Part shown: positions 10,352 to 19,335 of the stretch, in pieces
How positions within the stretch are numbered: position 1 is the stretch's first letter
Layout of the letters: every line of letters begins with the position of its first letter
Assembly: GCA_041937175.2 (NCBI GenBank)
Contig: CP166615.1
Location: 3,552,001 to 3,616,000 of the forward strand
Source: Limnothrix sp. BL-A-16
Lineage (GTDB): Bacteria; Cyanobacteriota; Cyanobacteriia; CACIAM-69d
DNA length: 64,000 bases
Direction: 5' to 3'
Made by a program: the position numbers and the translations under genes
The notes under the pieces: model-generated
Databases searched by the model: none
What the model was told of the DNA's origin: nothing
What the model saw: the letters and a program-made list of their open reading frames with translations, nothing else

Positions 10352-12853
10352 TTGAGGCTGAGTGATCCAGTGATTCATGATGTGGTTTCGGTAGAAGTGC
10401 TGACCGGCTATTGTCTGAAGCTGGGTTTCGATGACGGCGTGATCGGAATTGTCGATATTAGCCAGCAGGTTCGCTTTCAAGGTGTTTTTGCACCTTTGGC
10501 CGATCGGGCATTTTTTGAACAAGTAACAGTCAATGCCGACATTGGATCAATTGCTTGGCCCAATGGTGCTGATCTTGATCCGTTGGTGTTGTATGCCGCT
10601 GTCGCTAAAAATCAGACGCAAAATAATTACGGCTCCCACAACAAGAACTATCAAATTGAGTCGATCGGCGTTGCGAACTTTTTCGGCAATCCGATCGAGC
10701 AAGCCTTTGACCAGTCGGATTTGTTGCCGGGGCGATCGGAGGAGGAGATTGAGCGGACGGCGGAGTTGGTGCAGCTCGATCGGTGGCGGCAAGAGTCGGG
10801 CGATCGCTGGGCGGTGATTGTGGGGCCCGGCGGGGCGGGCAAAAGCACCCTGGCTGCTCAATGGTTCGATCGCGACCAGAAGTCTCAAGCATGGGCGGGG
10901 CGACTCTGGACGGATTTGGGGCGGGGGCCGAGCTTTGCGGAAGTGGCGCGGCGGGCGATCGTCCAGTTTGGCGCGGCCAGCCAGGAACAGGCGGAACGGC
11001 TGGAGGAGTCGGAATTATTGCGGCGGCTGTTGGTGACGTTGCAGCAAAGCCCCTGTCTGTGGGTGCTGGATAACCTGGAAACGGTGCTGGAGGCGCGGGA
11101 ACTGCCCGCAGACTATCGGGCGTTTTGGCGGCAGTGGCGATCGTCGTGCCGGGGGGCGGCGGGTTGGGTGTTGTTCACCAGTCGCGATTTACCGACGGAG
11201 ATGGCGGCGCAGCGGCTTGACCTGACGGAGGGCTTTACGCCTGAGCAGGGAGCCAATTTCTTGCAAAAGCGGGGAATTCGGGGCGCTGAGGCAGATTTGC
11301 AGGCGTTTTCCAGGCGGGTGCATGGCTACCCCTTGGTTTTGGGGTTGGCGGCGGGTTTTCTGTGGGCGCAGTTTGGCGACGATCCGCACCTGTCTAAGCT
11401 ACCGGCGGATTTCTTTGCGATCGCGGATCAACACCGGGACGATCCGCAAGCGACGCTGGAAACGGTGTTGCGGTGGAGTTTTGAGCGGTTGTCGCCGGAG
11501 TTGCGGGACTGGTTGGGGCGGCTCTGTGCGTTGCGGGTGGCGTTTGCCTTTGAAACGGAGGATGACCCGCAGCTATTGCAGACGTTGGTGGGGCGATCGT
11601 TCCTAATCCAAGACCAAGACTGCTTGCCGCCGACCAATCCCGATGCGCCGCGCCAATTTGTCTACCGTTGGCAACCGATCGTCCAGCAATTTGTGCAGCG
11701 CCAACAACCCGATCTGATTGAGGCCCATCGATTCGCGATCGCTCATCATGATCAGTGGTATGTAGACCACGACAAATGGCAAACCAAGGCTGATATCGAC
11801 AATTACATCGAAGATTGGTATCACGAGGGCGAACTGGCCAAGCTGACGGGCGATCGACAAGGAGAAGCCAAATCCCTGGGCAATCTGGGCCTTGCCTACG
11901 ATTCCCTCGGGCAAGTCCAGCGGGCGATCGACTTTCACGAGCAACACCGGGCGATCTCTCGCGAGATCGGCGATCGACAAGGAGAAGCCGCCTCCCTGGG
12001 CAATCTGGGCAATGCCTACCGTTCCCTCGGGCAATTCCAGCGGGCGATCGACTTGCACGAGCAATCCCTGGCGATCAAACGCGAGATCGGCGATCGCCAA
12101 GGAGAAGCCGCCTCCCTGGGCAATCTGGGCCTTGCCTACCGTTCCCTCGGGCAATTCCAGCGGGCGATCGACTTGCATGAACAATCCCTGGCGATCGCTC
12201 GCGAGATCGGCGATCGCCAAGGAGAAGCCGCCTCCCTGGGCAATCTGGGCGCTGCCTACCAGTCCCTCGGGCAAGTCCAGCGGGCGATCGACTTGCACGA
12301 GCAATCCCTGGCGATCAAACGCGAGATCGGCGATCGCCAAGGAGAAGCCGACTCCCTGGGTAATCTGGGTGTTGCCTACCATTCCCTCGGGCAATTCCAG
12401 CGGGCGATCGACTTTCACGAGCAATCCCTGGCAATCGAACGCGAGATCGGCGATCGCAAAGGAGAAGCCAGCTCCCTGGGCAATCTGGGCAATGCCTACT
12501 ATTCCCTCGGGCAATTTCAGCAGGCGATCAACTTGCATGAGCAACACCGGGCGATCTCTCGCGAGATCGGCGATCAACAGGGAGAAGCCAACTCGCTCAA
12601 TAACCGTGGCGTAGCGCTGGAAAAACTTGATCGCCTAGCAGAAGCCCAAGCAGACTTTGCAATGGCTCGGGATTTATTTCGCCAACTGGGTCAACATCAC
12701 TATGCCAAAATAGCTGAGCAAAATTATCAGCGAGTCACCCAAGCCCTGCAAACACCCCCACCCATCCCCACCGAAAAGCCCCGATCTCCCTGGTGGGTAC
12801 GACTGTGGCAAGCTTGGCGGCGCTGGCTCCGTCGCCTCTTCGACGGCCCGTAA
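10352..12853 (+). CDS. NLR-like STAND protein: DUF2442 - amyloid-like motif - NB-ARC - TPR repeats
   Basis: N-terminal DUF2442-like segment (GFDDG...WPNGADLDP); P-loop GPGGAGKST, Walker B LWVLDNLE, TSR, GYPL; 40-aa TPRs. Confidence 0.85.
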   Translation: MRLSDPVIHDVVSVEVLTGYCLKLGFDDGVIGIVDISQQVRFQGVFAPLADRAFFEQVTVNADIGSIAWPNGADLDPLVLYAAVAKNQTQNNYGSHNKNYQIESIGVANFFGNPIEQAFDQSDLLPGRSEEEIERTAELVQLDRWRQESGDRWAVIVGPGGAGKSTLAAQWFDRDQKSQAWAGRLWTDLGRGPSFAEVARRAIVQFGAASQEQAERLEESELLRRLLVTLQQSPCLWVLDNLETVLEARELPADYRAFWRQWRSSCRGAAGWVLFTSRDLPTEMAAQRLDLTEGFTPEQGANFLQKRGIRGAEADLQAFSRRVHGYPLVLGLAAGFLWAQFGDDPHLSKLPADFFAIADQHRDDPQATLETVLRWSFERLSPELRDWLGRLCALRVAFAFETEDDPQLLQTLVGRSFLIQDQDCLPPTNPDAPRQFVYRWQPIVQQFVQRQQPDLIEAHRFAIAHHDQWYVDHDKWQTKADIDNYIEDWYHEGELAKLTGDRQGEAKSLGNLGLAYDSLGQVQRAIDFHEQHRAISREIGDRQGEAASLGNLGNAYRSLGQFQRAIDLHEQSLAIKREIGDRQGEAASLGNLGLAYRSLGQFQRAIDLHEQSLAIAREIGDRQGEAASLGNLGAAYQSLGQVQRAIDLHEQSLAIKREIGDRQGEADSLGNLGVAYHSLGQFQRAIDFHEQSLAIEREIGDRKGEASSLGNLGNAYYSLGQFQQAINLHEQHRAISREIGDQQGEANSLNNRGVALEKLDRLAEAQADFAMARDLFRQLGQHHYAKIAEQNYQRVTQALQTPPPIPTEKPRSPWWVRLWQAWRRWLRRLFDGP
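11849..12610 (+). repeat. Near-identical 120-bp intragenic TPR repeats (6 full copies plus a partial)
   Basis: GGCGATC..AGGAGAAGCC-type unit start recurs at 11849, 11969, 12089, 12209, 12329, 12449, 12569. Confidence 0.95.
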
Positions 12854-12890
12854 AATCCATCTTTTGGTTATTGGAAAACGGAGAATCGGC

Positions 12891-13145
12891 ATGAAAGCGA
12901 TCGCCCTAGCAGAAGTCCGCGCCAACTTTGAGCAATACCTTGACCTCGCCAAAACCCAACCGATCGCCATTGTCGATCAGGGAAAACCCGTTGGATTTTT
13001 GATTGGCTTACTCGACCCCGACAACTGGTGGGAAGAGTGCTTGCTACGACATCCCAAATTCTTGAGCCATGTGGCCGAACAACGCCGCCAACTGCGATCG
13101 GGCCAAGGCAAAACCCTCGAAGAAATTCGCGCACGTTACGAGTAG
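12891..13145 (+). CDS. Phd/YefM-family antitoxin-like protein
   Basis: MKAIALAEVRANFEQYLDLAKTQPIAIVDQGKPVG; GGAG RBS. Confidence 0.8.
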   Translation: MKAIALAEVRANFEQYLDLAKTQPIAIVDQGKPVGFLIGLLDPDNWWEECLLRHPKFLSHVAEQRRQLRSGQGKTLEEIRARYE

Positions 13146-13338
13146 GGCGACGCTCCCTTGATTCCCAGCGATCCTTTCATGCCCTACGCGATCGCTGCAA
13201 TGTCGCGGCCCAACGAACTCGTGGGGATTATCGTCGATCGCGTGGCGGTTGCTGCGCGTGGGAGATGAGCAGTGGATTGTTGTTGCGAAGATGGCATTCT
13301 CCCACACACCCTACGCGATCGCTGCAATATCGCGGCCC
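13142..13338. repeat. REP-like remnant with 30-bp direct repeat
   Basis: GTAGGGC...GCCCTAC inverted ends (13142-13187); CCCTACGCGATCGCTGCAAT(G/A)TCGCGGCCC at 13182 and 13309. Confidence 0.65.
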
Positions 13339-13408
13339 CAAGCAATTTCAGTAGAGCAATGGTTAGAAATGGGGTAACAGCTACAATCGCCATAGAGGAG
13401 GTAAAGTC

Positions 13409-13636
13409 ATGCAAATTAAAGACTTAACGATCGAAGAATTCACAGACTTATTCAAAAGCTTGCTGCGGGAAACCATTCAAGAAGTCCTCGCAGAAATGCT
13501 CACAGATTCCGAAGCCGATTTGCCGCTCAAACCCGGACTGGCCGAAGCACTCCTGAAACAGCGCGATCAGCGGCAAGCAGGCCAAACAACACCCCTCAGC
13601 ACCGAACAAGTCATGGCCCGTTTAGGACTCGACTAG
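13409..13636 (+). CDS. Putative antitoxin partner of RelE/ParE toxin
   Basis: MQIKDLTIEEF...PLSTEQVMARLGLD; ends 2 bp before the toxin gene; GAGGAGG RBS. Confidence 0.75.
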   Translation: MQIKDLTIEEFTDLFKSLLRETIQEVLAEMLTDSEADLPLKPGLAEALLKQRDQRQAGQTTPLSTEQVMARLGLD

Positions 13637-13638
13637 CC

Positions 13639-13902
13639 ATGAGTTATTCGGTTGAATACGACCCACAAGCCGTCATCGATCTTGAACAATTACCCAAAAC
13701 TATGCAGAAGCGAGTAATCAGCAAAATCCAATGGCTAGCTGATAACTTTGCCCAAATTCAACCCCTGCCCCTCTCTGCCAACCTCGCGGGTTTCTATAAG
13801 CTCCGAGTGGGTGACTATCGGATTATTTATGAAGTCGATCGCGTCATTCGAGTGATCACAGTCGATCGTATCGGCCACCGCCGCGACATTTATGAATCCT
13901 GA
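13639..13902 (+). CDS. RelE/ParE (RelE/StbE) family toxin
   Basis: YKLRVGDYRIIYE...IGHRRDIY. Confidence 0.93.
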   Translation: MSYSVEYDPQAVIDLEQLPKTMQKRVISKIQWLADNFAQIQPLPLSANLAGFYKLRVGDYRIIYEVDRVIRVITVDRIGHRRDIYES

Positions 13903-13993
13903 GCGATCGATAGGGTAAAACGCGCACCCGAAACCATCCATATCCCATCCAAAAGCGATCGCATCGCCTGGCTTCGGTACCTCTCCGGCAGCC

Positions 13994-14950
13994 CTACTGG
14001 CCGGATTCGTGGCGTTCGTAGGCGGTGACGATCCGTTGGACTAGCGGATGGCGCACCACATCGGCGCGGGTCAGTTCACAAAAGGCGATGCCCTCAACAT
14101 TTTTGAGGATCCGCTGGGCGATCGCCATGCCCGAGGTTTGGTGATCCGGCAAGTCGGTTTGGGTAATGTCGCCAGTCACGACCATGCGCGATCGAAACCC
14201 CAGCCGCGTCAACACCATCTTCATTTGGGCCGGCGTGGTGTTTTGGGCCTCATCCAAAATCACAAAGGCATTGTTTAGGGTGCGACCGCGCATATAAGCC
14301 AAGGGAGCCACTTCCACGATGCCCCGCTCCATCAGGTTGGCCACCTTTTCCGGGTCGATCAGTTCGTACAGCGCGTCGTAGAGGGGGCGCAGATACGGAT
14401 CAATTTTTTGTTGCAGGTCGCCGGGCAGGAACCCCAGCCGCTCACCGGCTTCCACGGCGGGACGGGTGAGGATCAGGCGCTCAAATTCGCCCGCGAGCAG
14501 CGCTTGCACAGCGATCAGAGCGGCGAGGAAGGTCTTGCCCGTGCCCGCCGGGCCGGTGCAGAAGATCAGGTCGTGATTGCGGATGGCTTTGATGTAGCGC
14601 TGTTGGCGAAAGGTTTTGGCGCGGATGTTGTCGCCGCGTCGGGTGCGGGCGATCGAGTCCTGGTGCAAATCCGCCAGCTCACCGAGCCGATCGGTTTCAA
14701 TCGCCCGTTTCGCCGTCAGCACATCCGCTTCATCAATCCGCTGGCCGGCGCTCCAATAGATTTCTAAGGCTTTGACGATTTGTTGGCACAGGGCGATCGC
14801 CTTGTCGGGCCCGGTAATCACCAGTTCTTGGCCGCGCATCACCAGGGTTGTGCCCGTGTGTTTGGCCAGGGCCTTGAGGGTTTCCTCGCGATGGCCCGCC
14901 AGGGTGACGGCGCTGGTGCTGTTGCCCAGGTCGATCGACAGGGGAGACAC
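13994..14950 (-). CDS. phoH: PhoH-family ATPase
   Basis: GPAGTGKT, RPAVEAGERLGFLPGD, AYMRGRTL, DEAQN, VVRHPLV. Confidence 0.95.
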   Translation of the reverse strand: MSPLSIDLGNSTSAVTLAGHREETLKALAKHTGTTLVMRGQELVITGPDKAIALCQQIVKALEIYWSAGQRIDEADVLTAKRAIETDRLGELADLHQDSIARTRRGDNIRAKTFRQQRYIKAIRNHDLIFCTGPAGTGKTFLAALIAVQALLAGEFERLILTRPAVEAGERLGFLPGDLQQKIDPYLRPLYDALYELIDPEKVANLMERGIVEVAPLAYMRGRTLNNAFVILDEAQNTTPAQMKMVLTRLGFRSRMVVTGDITQTDLPDHQTSGMAIAQRILKNVEGIAFCELTRADVVRHPLVQRIVTAYERHESGQ

Positions 14951-14952
14951 CG

Positions 14953-15327
14953 CTACCGCCCTCGGTTGGGTCGATCGGGTCGCGATCGCCGCCGGTCACC
15001 CCCGCGATCGCCCCGGCCTCGACCGTTACCCTCTTCCGAGGGGCCATCGCCCAAGCTATAGCCGCCATACACATCCAGGAAGGCCGCCCGGCCTTCGTGG
15101 TGGGCCGCCAAGTCCAAAACCGTGCGAATTGATTGAATAGTTTTGCCGCTGCGCCCAAACACCCGTCCCCGATCGGCCGGGTCAAAGGCCACCCGCAGCC
15201 AAACATTGTTGCCCGTATGCTCGCAGTCAATCCGCAAAGCGTCGGGCACTTCCAGCAACGGTTCAATCAGGTATTGCACAAGCCCCTCGTAGTCGATCGA
15301 GGGGCTGGGATTCGTCGAAGTTGTCAA
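14953..15327 (-). CDS. KH-domain RNA-binding protein (KhpA-like)
   Basis: DRGRVFGRSGKTIQSIR KH motif; conserved rpsP-KH-phoH order. Confidence 0.9.
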   Translation of the reverse strand: MTTSTNPSPSIDYEGLVQYLIEPLLEVPDALRIDCEHTGNNVWLRVAFDPADRGRVFGRSGKTIQSIRTVLDLAAHHEGRAAFLDVYGGYSLGDGPSEEGNGRGRGDRGGDRRRSRPDRPNRGR

Positions 15328-15493
15328 GCGGAACTCCGGCTACTCGAAAATGATTAGGGGCAAAGCCACCGGGGCGATGAACGCGATTCAGTGGGGCGAT
15401 CGCCCGAGCCTTGCCAAACAACAGGAGCAGGCTGCCGGCCAGTCGGGAAGGGAGAGGAATCTCGACAGACCAGAAAACTGCACCCTCAACCCA

Positions 15494-15751
15494 CTAGGCG
15501 TTAGCGGCCTTCAGTTGCTCAAAAATGTTGGCCTTTTCAAAGATGCTGCGCACGGTGTCGGTGGGTTGAGCACCAGACTTCAGGCGCTCGATGATCCGAG
15601 GGACTTCCAGGCGCGTTTCGTTCGTGCGGGGATTATAGAAACCCAGTTCTTCCAGGGCGCGACCATCGCGGCGCGAGGTACTTTGCATCACCACGATGCG
15701 ATAGCTGACTTCGCGTTTTTTGCCAAGGCGCTTGAGGCGAATCTTAACCAT
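15494..15751 (-). CDS. rpsP: 30S ribosomal protein S16
   Basis: [12 protein letters not shown]...[15 protein letters not shown]...GAQPTDTV. Confidence 0.98.
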   Translation of the reverse strand: MVKIRLKRLGKKREVSYRIVVMQSTSRRDGRALEELGFYNPRTNETRLEVPRIIERLKSGAQPTDTVRSIFEKANIFEQLKAANA

Positions 15752-16155
15752 GGGGGCTGTTGCAACCGAATCGAGTGTAACGACTGTCGTTTTTGGGAAT
15801 AAACGACAAAAGACAAAACTTGATTCTACGCGCTGAAGCCAGATCGAGGCTAGGGGGTGGCCAGGATTTTTTCAGCGATCGCGGCTGCGGGTCTCCCTAT
15901 AATCAAATGCGGCAATAAATTTTGCTCATTTGCGGCAATGAATTCGGTTCAGCCGTCGCGCAATGCAGCAGTCAATGATGGCAACCCATAACAGTCGCCA
16001 TCCGCCCATAGTTGCCTTACCCATGAGCGCCAATGGGTAACCACCAGCGCCACTGGTGAGGATCCACGCCGACCCACGGCCAGGCCCTGGCGACCATCCT
16101 GGCCCTTAGCATCCAACTTTTGAGATCACGCTACCCAAAATTTACGCAATCCCCT

Positions 16156-16860
16156 ATGAGCAGCGCCACCAGCAACAAGGGCAACGACAAAGCCATCGTC
16201 AAGGACTATTTCAACACCACCGGGTTCGATCGCTGGCGGCGCATCTATGGCGACGGCGACGTAAACAAGGTGCAACGCGACATCCGCGAAGGGCATCAAC
16301 GCACGGTGGATACGGTGGTCTATTGGCTGAAGCAAGGGAGCAAACTGGCGGGCCAAACCATCTGTGATGCCGGTTGCGGTGTGGGTTCCCTCAGTGTGCC
16401 GTTGGCGGAGTTGGGGGCGATCGTTTCGGGTAGTGACATTTCCGAGGCGATGATCGGTGAGGCCAAGGAGCGTGCGGCCAAGCTGAACCTGGGCGATCGC
16501 CTGAGTTTTGAGGTGAAGGATCTTGAGGCGATCGAGGGTTCCTACGACACCGTGATTTGTTTGGATGTGTTGATTCACTATCCCGACCAAGACATCGAAA
16601 AAATGATTGGGCATTTGGCCGGCCGTGCCCAGTCGAAGCTAATCCTCAGCTTTGCGCCCAAGAGTCCGGTTTATGTGCTGTTGAAAAAAATTGGCGAGCT
16701 GTTCCCCGGCCCCAGCAAAACCACGCGCGCCTATTTGCACCCGGTGCGGGATGTGGTGCGGATTTTGCGGGCCAATGGGTTTGAGGTTAATCGGCGGGAG
16801 TTCATTGGCTCCCAGTTCTATTTCTCGCAAATTCTAGAGGCTGTCCGCCCACAGGAATAG
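16156..16860 (+). CDS. chlM: Mg-protoporphyrin IX methyltransferase
   Basis: VKDYFNTTGFDRWRRIYG, CDAGCGVG, CLDVLIHYP, FPGPSKTTRAY. Confidence 0.96.
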   Translation: MSSATSNKGNDKAIVKDYFNTTGFDRWRRIYGDGDVNKVQRDIREGHQRTVDTVVYWLKQGSKLAGQTICDAGCGVGSLSVPLAELGAIVSGSDISEAMIGEAKERAAKLNLGDRLSFEVKDLEAIEGSYDTVICLDVLIHYPDQDIEKMIGHLAGRAQSKLILSFAPKSPVYVLLKKIGELFPGPSKTTRAYLHPVRDVVRILRANGFEVNRREFIGSQFYFSQILEAVRPQE

Positions 16861-17016
16861 ACGTGAGGATGTGATCAGTAGGCGTGATTGATCAGTGGAG
16901 TAACGGACAGTGCGGATCGATCGGGATGTGATTCACCATACATCCCACCCAGTGGCGTTCCAGCCGCTCAACCCCATCGACTACAACCCAGCAACCCGAT
17001 CGTAAATCGAAGTGGG

Positions 17017-17370
17017 GCAAGGGGCTGAGGGCTTGTCGTCCAATCGTCTGCAACCCTGATTTCAACCCGATAATCCCATGAGGGACAAGGGGCTGAGGGC
17101 TTGTTGTCCAATCGCCTGAACCCCTGATTTCAACCCGATAATCTCGTGAGGGACAAGGGGCTGAGGGATTGTTGTCCAATCGCCTGAACCCCTGGTTTCA
17201 ACCCGATAATCTCGTGAGGGACAAGGGGCTGAGGGCTTGTTGTCCAATCGCCTGAACCCCTGATTTCAACCCGATAATCCCATGAGGGACAAGGGGCTTA
17301 AGCCCCTTGTTACAACGACCGTGAGTGACGACTGCGGGCATGGAAAATCAACCGTCTCTCACTGATTCCA
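17017..17370 (-). repeat. Four 68-bp tandem copies of a MITE (family A) arm, then palindrome ACAAGGGGCTTAAGCCCCTTGT and a degenerate second arm
   Basis: Units start at 17017, 17085, 17153, 17221; palindrome 17289-17310; unit matches reverse complement of 58030-58107. Confidence 0.88.
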
Positions 17371-18380
17371 AGTTGCAAACTTTTTGCCAAAAACTGATCA
17401 TTCATTCACAAAATGCTTCGTGACCCTTTTGGGTGGAAATTCCCTAGAAAAGCTTAAGAAAACCAAAACTTTTAACAGAGATAAACAGAATTGAAGTTTC
17501 ATCAAAAGTAGGTAAAACAATATTAAGTAGAACACCGATCCCAATCTTGATCAGATCCCAACATTGCATTGACCCAGATCACAGATTTTTAGCTGCACCT
17601 TTGCCATGACGACCCGATCGAGTCAGTCATAGTTGCCGTCTGAACAGTTGCAGGCCGCCGCTTCTCTTCAGGGAAGAGTTTGCCGAAATGTCGTCTGAGT
17701 TTTGAGTGGGACTCACTTGGTATCAGAGGTAACCAATTAGGGATCGCGCCATTCGGAGGAACCGATGTCTTTAAATTGAAAGGAATTGTTGCTAAATTCC
17801 CCCGATCCCCGATCGGCTATTCCATAATGCTAAGAACGAGAATGAATTAGCCCCTCGATTCCATGATTGGTTTTGATCACCCTTGTTCCCTGCTCTCAAA
17901 ACCAGTCGCATCGCCTCTGAAATTGCTTTTTAAGGCATTCCTCCGTTGAGGTTTATGGCCGGTTGGCCGCCGGCTATTCACTGAATTTGTTGAAGTTATT
18001 GACAGTGCTATCTGCAAGGTCGTGAGGAGTCGAAAACGACGGAAATGCTCGAGAACAGCCCTTTCAGTCCCCTACTGCTTGAATTGGACTAATTGAATTG
18101 GGCTAATGGATATCGCACTCAAATGGATTCCGTCGTTTTTTGAGTTTTCTTGGTTAACGGGATGACTCAGCTCATATCGGTGTTGTTTTTCGTTGTTTTT
18201 CGTTTCTGATCGCGTTTTTTTATCACTGGATGTGAAGGATCGATCGCCCAGATCCGGTGCTCCCGCCGCAAATGCTCCTTGCATTGAGGGGGCGATCGCA
18301 CCTTCAGCCCATCCGCCGTTTAGACAAGCCAGTCGATGCCTCGGTTTAGTTCCTCAAATTTTTGCCAGATGGTGACCACA

Positions 18381-18569
18381 ATGCTGACCGTAGAAACGAT
18401 TTACTGCCCCAACTGTGGTTCGCGTGCAGAGCGTCATCGAATTCGCACGAGCAACGTGATTCGGACTCAGTGCCATGCTTGTGACTACTTGATGGTGACC
18501 TGCTCGCTCACGGCTCGGGTGCTGGAAGCCTACGCGCCAGGCATCGCGATCGCCCAACGATCGGCTTGA
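18381..18569 (+). CDS. Small cyanobacterial zinc-ribbon protein
   Basis: CPNCGS...TQCHACDYLM...EAYAPG, two CxxC pairs; start could be 18369. Confidence 0.8.
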   Translation: MLTVETIYCPNCGSRAERHRIRTSNVIRTQCHACDYLMVTCSLTARVLEAYAPGIAIAQRSA

Positions 18570-18637
18570 GTTTTTGCCCAATTCATTCCAAAACTTGGTG
18601 AATTGGGCTTGTTAATTGGAAGGGTTAATCTAGCTCG

Positions 18638-19141
18638 TTAATCTAGTCGGCGGGTGTTGCCGCTGCGAACCCAGCCCTCGGGGCCGCTTTCGCCCAGGCG
18701 CACCCGCTGCCAACGTCGATCGGGACTGTCTCCCAAGACAATGACCCGATCGTTGTAGTCCACGCTGCCCAGCCTTGCGCCCGATCGATTGGGAGTCGAT
18801 CGCAACACCAGCCCGATCGGTTGGGTCACCCGGGCCCGATAGGCACCGGGAGGCAAGGGCGACGGCGGTGGCAAAACTGGGGCTGGGGAAACTGCGCTGC
18901 TGGGCGGTGGGGGCGGGGTCACCACCGCGCCGGGCTTGGGATCGTTGGCAAAGCTGGGGCGCGGCGGGGCCGTGGCAATTTGGGTGACGATGTAGCGAAC
19001 GGCAATCACCCCTCCGGCAGCCAAAAAGGCGATCGCGATCGCGATGCCACTAATGAGGCTGACCAGCCCGCGCAATAGTTTCCACAGCCAACGCACGATC
19101 GTTTGCGACTCCCGATGAGGATCAACCACCAACCTGTCCAA
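18638..19141 (-). CDS. Membrane-anchored SH3b-domain protein
   Basis: N-terminal TM helix, Pro-rich linker, GLVLRSTP...WQRVR...EGWV; start uncertain. Confidence 0.8.
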   Translation of the reverse strand: MDRLVVDPHRESQTIVRWLWKLLRGLVSLISGIAIAIAFLAAGGVIAVRYIVTQIATAPPRPSFANDPKPGAVVTPPPPPSSAVSPAPVLPPPSPLPPGAYRARVTQPIGLVLRSTPNRSGARLGSVDYNDRVIVLGDSPDRRWQRVRLGESGPEGWVRSGNTRRLD

Positions 19142-19335
19142 AATATTTTGCTAACCGATCTAGCCCAGAGATTTCGCCAGCCTAGCTAGCCAGAGATTTC
19201 GCCAGATATCTAGCCAGGATATCCTGCGATTCAGCCCGTATTTTCCCTTAGAACCTGTTCTGGTCAGGGCGAAAATTTGGCTAATGCGGCTCGTTCAGCC
19301 CATTCAGCCCGATCGATCCAGAATTAGCCCGAGAA

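Noticed and set aside
11849..12610. Diversity-generating retroelement
   Set aside because: No reverse transcriptase, Avd or separate template repeat in the window
11603..12614. Long alternative ORFs (324 aa antisense, 240 aa alternative frame)
   Set aside because: Shadows of the 120-bp TPR repeats
17017..17310. CRISPR array (repeat-plus-spacer-sized 68-bp period)
   Set aside because: Whole units are near-identical with no unique spacers, no cas genes are nearby, and the units derive from a MITE arm
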